Positions 18,845 to 26,079 of a stretch of DNA of 43,747 bases are shown here, one piece after another. The stretch spans positions 1 through 43,747 of the forward strand of contig JBMYPC010000007.1 in the NCBI GenBank assembly GCA_049599895.1, read 5' to 3'. Each line of letters begins with the position of its first letter. The first letter of the stretch is position 1. The position numbers and the translations under genes were made by a program. A model generated the notes under the pieces. It worked only from the letters and a program-made list of their open reading frames with translations. It was not told where the DNA came from and searched no databases. The stretch is from Bacteriovoracaceae bacterium (GTDB lineage Bacteria > Bdellovibrionota > Bacteriovoracia > Bacteriovoracales > Bacteriovoracaceae).

Positions 18845-19867
18845 ATGAAATCCCAACTTAAAATTCTTATCACTGGGGCAACTGGCTTTGTTGGATCCCA
18901 TTTAGTTGATAGACTACTTGAAGACGGGCACCTTGTTTACGTCCTTGTAAGAACTCCTGCAAAACTTAAACTCTTAAACAATCAGTTTCATGAAAATATT
19001 AGAACTCTTAGAGGTTCCTTAGGCCCTAAAAGTGAGCTCTCTTGGACAAAAGATCTTCCTGAAGACCTCGATGCGGTTTTTCACATTGCAGGTATTGTTC
19101 ACAGTTTCTCATGGAAAGACTTCTATAGTGTGAACTATCGCTCGACTCATAATCTTCTTGAAAGACTTAAAGAGAAGTATCAATCACTCAACTTTATTCT
19201 CTTAAGTAGTATGGCCGCTTCTGGACCAAACAAAGATGAGGGCCTATTAGATTCAAAAACTCAAGAAGATCCCGTAAGCCATTATGGAAAGTCCAAACTT
19301 ATGGCCGAACACTGTTTAAGAGATTCCATTCCTGCTGATTGGCAGTACCAAATTATTCGTCCTCCTGCAGTCTTTGGGCCAAGGGATCCAGCAATTCTCG
19401 ATTTCTTCAAAATGGTGAAAAACCAAGTTGTCCTTATTCCTGGTCTCAAAGGACATCAAAAAACTTATAGTTTTGTTTGCGTCTTTGATTTGATTGAAAT
19501 TTTATGCCAATCACTTTATCAAATTGATAAAAAACCAAACCAAACTTTTTATAGCTCTCACCCAAAATCCGTAACCCTTGAAGAAATCATTGATCAAATC
19601 CAAAAGTCACTAAATAAAAGAAGAGTCCATTTTATTACGATTCCAGATGTCCTTCTTAAGCTGCTTGCCTGGCTAAGTTTTTTTATAAACAGATTAAGCC
19701 CAATCGATGCAAGATTAACTCCCGATAAAGTTCGTGAGCTTCTTCCTCCAAGATGGGAATGTGATGGCAGCGAAGTGAGCGAGCCGTTCTCGATCAGTTA
19801 TAAATGGGATCTTGAAAAAACTGTCGACATCACGAAAAAAGACTATAAAGACCGAAGTTGGATTTAG
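18845..19867 (+). CDS. NAD(P)-dependent extended SDR, ceramide reductase-like
   Basis: TGATGFVG, SSMAA, YGKSK (YxxxK) and RPPAVFGPRD. The ATG directly abuts the preceding TAG. Confidence 0.7.
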   Translation: MKSQLKILITGATGFVGSHLVDRLLEDGHLVYVLVRTPAKLKLLNNQFHENIRTLRGSLGPKSELSWTKDLPEDLDAVFHIAGIVHSFSWKDFYSVNYRSTHNLLERLKEKYQSLNFILLSSMAASGPNKDEGLLDSKTQEDPVSHYGKSKLMAEHCLRDSIPADWQYQIIRPPAVFGPRDPAILDFFKMVKNQVVLIPGLKGHQKTYSFVCVFDLIEILCQSLYQIDKKPNQTFYSSHPKSVTLEEIIDQIQKSLNKRRVHFITIPDVLLKLLAWLSFFINRLSPIDARLTPDKVRELLPPRWECDGSEVSEPFSISYKWDLEKTVDITKKDYKDRSWI

Positions 19868-19892
19868 TTATCACTAAAAAAATTTAAAAACT

Positions 19893-20705
19893 TTAAAAAC
19901 TTAAAGAAACTCTAGGACCCCAAGCCCTTTCGTAGCGAAGAACTCCTAGGCGAACCTCATGTTCAAACATCCATTTATAAAAAGGATCATTGTCCTTATA
20001 TTTATTAGCTGCTCGAACTCCTTCAGCGGCAAATGCCGTCAGGAAAAAAGACGCCACAACATCACTGGTCCAATGCTTTCCATCTTGAAGTCTTTGTAAA
20101 GACCCAAAGTAAGTTAAAGCCGCTGGGATGATGGCCCAGTAAGGCCCATAAAACTGAAGAGTTTTATAAAAGAGCGCCATATAGGGAATCACATGTCCTG
20201 AAGGCCAAGAGCTGTCTCCTCGAAAGGCCTCCTCCCAAAAAGAGATATTTTGTGATGTTGGTCTTTCGTGAACTTCAATAAAGGAAAGAAGGCCTGATTC
20301 AGCGAGTGCCAGATAAACCGTAGCTGCATACTCAATGGCAAATTGTCTTAAGTGATTATTTTTTTGAGACTTTGCAATATACCAACTTGAAAGTGGAATT
20401 ACGGGAAAGCTCATCACCACTCCCAGCTCACCTACAATCTCCACAGGTTTTTTTATATCTTTTGAGAAGGTGAGATCTTTGATTCGGACATCTTCTTCAA
20501 AGGCCCAATAAAGAGAAGGAATTGAAGCCCCCAGGTAGTAGAGATTACTTCTCGTTTTAAACTGTGTGTAAGAACCTTCGATTAAAAGAAAAAATGAACT
20601 CTTCGTATCCTCCCAAAGGCTATATTCTGAATCGCTCTTCTTTCCATCTTTGGAAAAGCTAGGCAATGAATAAAGTAGTACCAATGATAAAATCAACCGA
20701 ATCAT
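19893..20705 (-). CDS. PAP2/lipid phosphate phosphatase-family membrane protein
   Basis: C2 motif WPSGH and C3 motif RLQDGKHWTSD. The C1 region HERP lacks the canonical Lys. Signal peptide present. Confidence 0.8.
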   Translation of the reverse strand: MIRLILSLVLLYSLPSFSKDGKKSDSEYSLWEDTKSSFFLLIEGSYTQFKTRSNLYYLGASIPSLYWAFEEDVRIKDLTFSKDIKKPVEIVGELGVVMSFPVIPLSSWYIAKSQKNNHLRQFAIEYAATVYLALAESGLLSFIEVHERPTSQNISFWEEAFRGDSSWPSGHVIPYMALFYKTLQFYGPYWAIIPAALTYFGSLQRLQDGKHWTSDVVASFFLTAFAAEGVRAANKYKDNDPFYKWMFEHEVRLGVLRYERAWGPRVSLSF

Positions 20706-20732
20706 AATGAGTCTAAACTTTGCTTTTTAAGA

Positions 20733-21404
20733 TTATTTTACTTTTCGTTTACCAACTGAACCAAAGATGTAATCCCAAAGAGGGGATGAAACACCGTACT
20801 TAGCATTGGGCTCAGAGAAGTGGTGAATAAGATGATAGCTTCTTAAATACTTTCCGACTTTAGATTTCATTGGAAAGTGATGAGTCGCATAGTGAATATA
20901 GTCGTAACAAAGATAGCCCACCATAAAACCACCCATAAAAACATGGAGGTATTCACCTGGAACTATAAGAGAGTAAAACCCGTAAAAACCACAAAGAAGT
21001 AAAAAAGCCGGAAATGGCGGAAAAACCAATCTTGTTTTGTCATTGGGAGCGTCATGATGAAGTCCGTGAAACAAGAAGACGATGCGTTTTCCAAAAGGAC
21101 CTTTTGCTGGAAAGTGAAAAGCAAATCGATGAAAAAAGTATTCCATGAAAGTCCAAACAACTAAAGCAACTAAAAGAGTTATAAGTGTTTGTGAAACTGA
21201 TAAGCTTTGTGAAATGTGTCCATGAAAAATAAGCGCCAAGGAAACCGGCCCCCATATGACAAGAGGAAGTATTGGATGGACATGAGTTAAAGCTTCCCAA
21301 AAGTCAGATTTAAAAACCCTAATCGAGCCGTTGGACTCAGCTGTGGAGTTGACTTTTTCTTGCTCTGCAGTATCTAGGTTTTTCATAATTGCTAAATTAG
21401 CCAC
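20733..21404 (-). CDS. Fatty acid/sphingolipid 2-hydroxylase (FA2H/Scs7-like sterol desaturase family)
   Basis: Four His boxes (EYFFHRFAFH, HGLHH, YDYIHYATHH, HLIHH) plus RLVFPP and YGVSSPLWDYIFG. The start may be the ATG at 21386. Confidence 0.85.
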   Translation of the reverse strand: MANLAIMKNLDTAEQEKVNSTAESNGSIRVFKSDFWEALTHVHPILPLVIWGPVSLALIFHGHISQSLSVSQTLITLLVALVVWTFMEYFFHRFAFHFPAKGPFGKRIVFLFHGLHHDAPNDKTRLVFPPFPAFLLLCGFYGFYSLIVPGEYLHVFMGGFMVGYLCYDYIHYATHHFPMKSKVGKYLRSYHLIHHFSEPNAKYGVSSPLWDYIFGSVGKRKVK

Positions 21405-21575
21405 TTTGACTTTGTCTGTAAAGATTGTCTTAGAAAGAATTACCCTGTGTTTGGTACTTTATGGGCCTATTTTCATTAAGTGCTCCAGAGGTTTTTATTT
21501 AAGTTGGAGCACACATGATAAAGAATATTTCAATAGGGCTAGGCTTTGTTAGTCACTTGCATGTATATAGCTTCC

Positions 21576-22283
21576 ATGAAACAGATTTTCTTAATTCTCA
21601 TCCTTCTTGGAATCACCTCGCTATTTAGCCTTAAAGCTCAATCTAAGCGCTATGGAACCTTTGAGGTTAGCAATGAGCAGCTTTTGAATTTAAGTGCTGA
21701 AAAGCTTCTTAGAGACGTCAAAAAGATTAAAGGTGAAACTTGGCCAGAAGTAAGATTCTTAAGTCGCCTTCAAACAGATCCCTTGAAATCAGTTGCCCTT
21801 TTTCTCGCCCTTGATTATCAAAAAAATTATGTCCCAAATCTTGTAAAAAGTTTGCCTGTTAAGCATGTAACTCCAACTGAGGTTTGGACCGAATATGAAA
21901 TGAAACTTCCCTGGCCCATGGAAAACAGCCGCTATATCCACAGCTCAAACCTTTCTAAGGTTGAAAACTGTTATCGAGTTGACTGGAAGCTTATTCAATC
22001 GACAACAGCTGATAAAGTGAGTGGTTACGCAACTTTTTGCCCCATCAAAGACAGTAAGCAAACAAGTTTCTACTACCAAAACCATGTTGCACCCAAAAGT
22101 GTTTTTGCTGGAATCTTTAAAGGCATTATGGTTAATGACACCGAAGAAACATTAGTCGCAATAAATAAGTTTATTGAGGATAAAGGTTTGAATGCACCAA
22201 AATTGACTTCTAAATATGTTCAAATTATTGAAGAGTCACTTCAAGGGAAAAGCCCTTACCTTCATTTAATGAAGACCCATTAG
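21576..22283 (+). CDS. Secreted START/SRPBCC-like protein
   Basis: Signal peptide from the ATG at 21576 (SLKA-Q). DYQKNYVPNL...YEMKLPWPM...VDWKL...YYQNHVAP resembles the START helix-grip fold. Confidence 0.6.
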   Translation: MKQIFLILILLGITSLFSLKAQSKRYGTFEVSNEQLLNLSAEKLLRDVKKIKGETWPEVRFLSRLQTDPLKSVALFLALDYQKNYVPNLVKSLPVKHVTPTEVWTEYEMKLPWPMENSRYIHSSNLSKVENCYRVDWKLIQSTTADKVSGYATFCPIKDSKQTSFYYQNHVAPKSVFAGIFKGIMVNDTEETLVAINKFIEDKGLNAPKLTSKYVQIIEESLQGKSPYLHLMKTH

Positions 22284-22604
22284 ACACAGATCTGTTTGTT
22301 TTCGTACTGTACGAAGAAATTACTTTTAAAAATGATCGGATAATCAAAGTCATTTTAGAGTGTTAGCTCCTATTGTTGACTCTCTTTGTTCACCTTCTTA
22401 ACCCCTGCAAAAAAAAGTTAGAAATTGACCCTTTCTTTCCATCTCACTCCCATTTAGAATTCTTATTGTGAGGGAATAAATTTAGCACACGACTCATCGA
22501 CGTTTAAAAAATGGATTTTGCGGACGTCGATTTCAAAACTTATCCCCGAAAGCTCTCTAGGCTAAAACCGACAGTGGTCCACACAAAAAAAGAAGAAGTT
22601 TTCT

Positions 22605-23558
22605 TTAAAAATTACGAAGCATTTGATCTAAAGAGCGAATGGTCGAGAAGATCTTCGTATTCGAGATGGGTTTATTGATAAAGAGGTTTGAAACACCACC
22701 AAGCCAGAGTTCGCCTTCTGGAGCAAGATGAGAATTGGCCTTCTCTACGTAGTGTTCAATGTAGTTCTCAGGAAATTCATCAACTGATCTTGAGATCGTT
22801 GAGATGACCACCTGAGGTTTAATTTGGTCGTAGGCTTCTAACATGGCCTCCATCGGTAAGTTTGCCCCCAGATAGTAAAAATTCACTTTATAATGACTAC
22901 ATAAAAGAGCTGCAGTCAGAATTCCAAAATCGTGGATCTCTCCTTCTGGAGTGGTCAAAAGCACCGAAACGGGTCCCTTCATACGATACTGATAACTATT
23001 GTAGAGAATTTGACCGACATGAAACTTCAATAGCGATGTCAGAGCATATTCTTGAGCGATTGAAAGAAGTCTTCTTTGAACTTGTCCCCCGACTTCGGAT
23101 AAAAGAGGGAGAAGAATACTGAGTGTGAACTCTCTTGGATCCATTTGCCCTTTCACTTTCTCAAGTTCGTGGGAAATGATGTCCAGCTTATAGTTTTGAA
23201 GGGCCATAAGCAGGCTTTGAAGAACAGTATTAGGATCAATTTTTTCTTCACTTAAACTTTGGCCATGTCCATTAAGACCCTTTGATAAGACTTGTCGATC
23301 ATTATTGCAATATTGATCACAAAGATTTTCAAGGCTTTGATCATCCAATTTGGCCATGTCGGAAATCTTATTTCCCACTTCAACCAATTGCTGAATCATA
23401 TTGAGTCGGTCAATATGAGACTGATTATAAAGTCTTCTTCCTTTAGGATCTCGGTTAGGAACAACCACCTGATATCTTTTTTCCCAGGCGCGAATAGTAT
23501 GGGGGTTAATTCCAGTAACTCTTGAGACGAATTGAATTGAAAACTCTTCTTGTGACAT
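22605..23558 (-). CDS. MerR-family regulator with cobalamin-binding-type domain (CarH/LitR-like)
   Basis: MerR HTH TIRAWEKRY...R..KGRRLY, helical cap, ExHxxG (EIHDFG), YYLGANLP and LWLGG. Confidence 0.88.
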   Translation of the reverse strand: MSQEEFSIQFVSRVTGINPHTIRAWEKRYQVVVPNRDPKGRRLYNQSHIDRLNMIQQLVEVGNKISDMAKLDDQSLENLCDQYCNNDRQVLSKGLNGHGQSLSEEKIDPNTVLQSLLMALQNYKLDIISHELEKVKGQMDPREFTLSILLPLLSEVGGQVQRRLLSIAQEYALTSLLKFHVGQILYNSYQYRMKGPVSVLLTTPEGEIHDFGILTAALLCSHYKVNFYYLGANLPMEAMLEAYDQIKPQVVISTISRSVDEFPENYIEHYVEKANSHLAPEGELWLGGVSNLFINKPISNTKIFSTIRSLDQMLRNF

Positions 23559-23568
23559 GAAAAAACCT

Positions 23569-24978
23569 TTATGTGTTTATAGCGTCGCTAAATTCTTTCT
23601 CAATGACTTCTGTTCGGTGATGAAAAATCTTTTGTATATCTTTTTTCACGAAGAAATTAATCACGGGACTTAAAAAGAAAGGTCCTGGAACCTTAAACCG
23701 GACTTTGTCGATCATCACCACACCACCCTCAACAGGAATAAATTGATGGGTGTGATGCCAAACTCGATAGGGCCCTTTTGTAGAATAGTCCACAAAAGAC
23801 TCATTCTCTTTCCAATCCGAAATATGTGTACGCCAATTCAAAGGTATCCCATGGACTTTCAGCTTGTAATCAAAAATAGTGCCTTGCTGTATTTGTGCTG
23901 TGGTTTGTCTAACGACCTTGAAGTTGAGCCATTCGGGGGTTATCCTTTCAAGGTTCTTGGCCTCTTTAAAAAACTGAAACGCCTTTTCTGAAGAGATTGG
24001 GAGAAAATGTTCCTTAATAAACATATCCATTGGAAGATCTTTTTTAAGAGTCTCCCACTTTCCCAGATTACAAAGATTATCAAGAGCTGCTTGGATATCA
24101 GAATATTGAAACTCAAAGCCAATGCTTTCAAGACTTTTTGGTAAAACTTTTTGTGAGTCGAGAATAATACAGCTCATCTCTCCAAAAATGATTTTTAACA
24201 TAAGTGGAGGAACTGGAAAGAGTGCGGGAATCTTTAAGGCCCTGCTAAAAGCCTTAGTAAACTCTTTATTAGTCACTGGGTTTGGCGAAACAGCGTTAAA
24301 AGTTCCCTTGAAATTATGGTTAAGAGTGAGTTTGATCAAAATCTCTGTAAGATCATCCACATGAACCCAACTCATCCACTGCTTTCCAAAGCCGATAGGG
24401 CCACCACCACCTAACTTAAAGATAGGCATCAATTTAGAAAGGGCCCCAGACTCTCGCCCTAAAACAACACCGATCCGTACAATAGACTTAGAGATTTCGT
24501 TTTTGAGATCCCCCGTGGCCTGTTCCCACTGATGACAGACATCCGGAAGATAACCACTGCCAAGAGGTGAGCTCTCATCGAGTGTTTGATTTTTTTGATT
24601 GGCCTCATAAAAGCCAATTGCTGAAGCAGAGGTAAAAGACTTTACTTCGCTTCCATGGTTATTCACTAAACGAACTAAGGCCTTAGTCGTTTCAACTCTT
24701 GAGTTTAAGATTCTCTTTTTTTGCTCTTTAGACCATCTTGCATCTGCAATGCTCTCCCCAGCAAGATTAATCACACCTTCAACCCCAGAGATGGCAGCTT
24801 CAGGAATTTCTTTAGCGCTGAGATAGTCCCATTCTACCCACTCAACAGGAAGAGATGTTTTCTCATAGGCCCTGGTTCGTGAACGTGTTAGACCAACAAC
24901 TTGATGACCTGAACATATCAATTTCCTGACCAGGTTATGCCCTACGAATCCAGTGGCGCCCGTCACTAAAATTTTCAT
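23569..24978 (-). CDS. TIGR01777-family NAD-dependent epimerase fused to a C-terminal SRPBCC domain
   Basis: TGATGFVG, INLAGESI..RW, SASAIGFY and GKQWMSWVHVDD, followed by NLERITP...FVD...GPYRVWHHTHQF. Confidence 0.9.
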   Translation of the reverse strand: MKILVTGATGFVGHNLVRKLICSGHQVVGLTRSRTRAYEKTSLPVEWVEWDYLSAKEIPEAAISGVEGVINLAGESIADARWSKEQKKRILNSRVETTKALVRLVNNHGSEVKSFTSASAIGFYEANQKNQTLDESSPLGSGYLPDVCHQWEQATGDLKNEISKSIVRIGVVLGRESGALSKLMPIFKLGGGGPIGFGKQWMSWVHVDDLTEILIKLTLNHNFKGTFNAVSPNPVTNKEFTKAFSRALKIPALFPVPPLMLKIIFGEMSCIILDSQKVLPKSLESIGFEFQYSDIQAALDNLCNLGKWETLKKDLPMDMFIKEHFLPISSEKAFQFFKEAKNLERITPEWLNFKVVRQTTAQIQQGTIFDYKLKVHGIPLNWRTHISDWKENESFVDYSTKGPYRVWHHTHQFIPVEGGVVMIDKVRFKVPGPFFLSPVINFFVKKDIQKIFHHRTEVIEKEFSDAINT

Positions 24979-25061
24979 GTTCTTCTCCTCAAACTTAGAG
25001 TATTAGTAGTAGAATACTTTCGATAGTAAACAAGATTTCCATAGCTTTCTACTTTAAGACC

Positions 25062-25100
25062 TATGCAAATCATAGACAAAACCAGTGCAAAAACCAAACA
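25062..25100. promoter_or_regulatory. Candidate CarH-type operator: four hexamers at 11-bp period
   Basis: TATGCA (25062), TAGACA (25073), AGTGCA (25084) and CAAACA (25095), upstream of the epimerase-MerR operon. Confidence 0.55.
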
Positions 25101-25134
25101 GCCTGTATGTAATATCGGATACTTGGACTGGTTC

Positions 25135-26079
25135 ATGAAATTTATGAAGATAGTTAAGCCTGAAAATTACTATTTTTGTACATCGCCAAGCAATGAGCTT
25201 AGGCCTCATTCAGTGCACCTCATTGGTTACCCCTTTGATGGGACGGCCTGCTTTCGAAAAGGTGCTAAGCTAGGGCCAAAGGCCTTAAGAGAGATCAGCG
25301 ACTCAATTGAAAGCTACTCTCCCTATCTCGACCTTGATCTTGAAGATTATGACAACCTCTTTGATCTCGGTGATTTTGAATTTCCATCTCAAGATGAAGA
25401 GCTCTACTTCAAGGCCAACCGGCTCTATAGTGAATTTAGTCATGAAATTAATCTTAAGGATTCAAATACTAAAGTTCTCGCCCTAGGCGGGGAACACTCA
25501 ATTTCATATGCCTTTATTAAAAAGGCCCTCAAAGACTATCCTGATCTTGTTCTTATTCATCTCGATGCCCATGCAGATTTAAGAGATGGCCATGAAGGTT
25601 TTAGTCACTCTCACGCTTCAATCATAAGACGTGTCAGTGATCACTTTAAAGGCGATATTCCCAATTCAGAAAGACTCATCCAATACGGCATTCGCTCTGG
25701 TACAAAAGAAGAATATGACTGGATGAGAAAGCATGAAACTCTTTGCCTTTCTAGGACTGAGTTTTTTGAGAGAGTAAAAAGTATTCCTAGTGAAAGAGCT
25801 GTTTATGTCACCCTTGACCTTGATTATTTTGATCCTTCAATGATGCCTGGAACTGGCACTCCTGAGGCAGGAGGTGAAGATTTTCATAGTTTTATCTCAC
25901 TTATGAAGATCTTAAAAAACAAGAACTTTATCGGAGCCGATGTTGTTGAGCTTGCTCCGACAATTGATCCCACTGGAAATAGCGATGTCTTTGCGACAAA
26001 AGTCGTGAGAGAAATTCTTCTTTTATTAGCGCAAAATACAATAAGAACAAAACAAGACCGAGAGAACGGAAATGGATAA
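25135..26079 (+). CDS. speB: Agmatinase
   Basis: GGEHSIS, HLDAHADL, SHAS, TLDLDYFDP and GTGTPEAGG. The start is probably 25135 or 25144 rather than 25063. Confidence 0.93.
   Translation: MKFMKIVKPENYYFCTSPSNELRPHSVHLIGYPFDGTACFRKGAKLGPKALREISDSIESYSPYLDLDLEDYDNLFDLGDFEFPSQDEELYFKANRLYSEFSHEINLKDSNTKVLALGGEHSISYAFIKKALKDYPDLVLIHLDAHADLRDGHEGFSHSHASIIRRVSDHFKGDIPNSERLIQYGIRSGTKEEYDWMRKHETLCLSRTEFFERVKSIPSERAVYVTLDLDYFDPSMMPGTGTPEAGGEDFHSFISLMKILKNKNFIGADVVELAPTIDPTGNSDVFATKVVREILLLLAQNTIRTKQDRENGNG

Noticed and set aside
21412..21431. TTGTCT pair upstream of the hydroxylase as another CarH-type site
   Set aside because: Only two copies at 13-bp spacing, which does not fit the 10-11-bp phasing.
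22224..22352. 42-codon minus-strand ORF (MTLIIRSFLKV...) with AGGAG upstream
   Set aside because: The SD spacing of 13 nt is long, it overlaps the START-like gene antisense, and it has no recognisable features.
22544..22574. GAAAGCTCTCTAGGCTAAAACCGACAG resembles the 3' part of glycine or c-di-GMP-I riboswitches
   Set aside because: The conserved 5' halves are absent and no gene lies downstream on that strand. Kept only as a generic ncRNA candidate.
25063..25134. ORF-track N-terminal extension of speB
   Set aside because: No family similarity is apparent, and it coincides with the operator-like repeats and the divergent promoter region.
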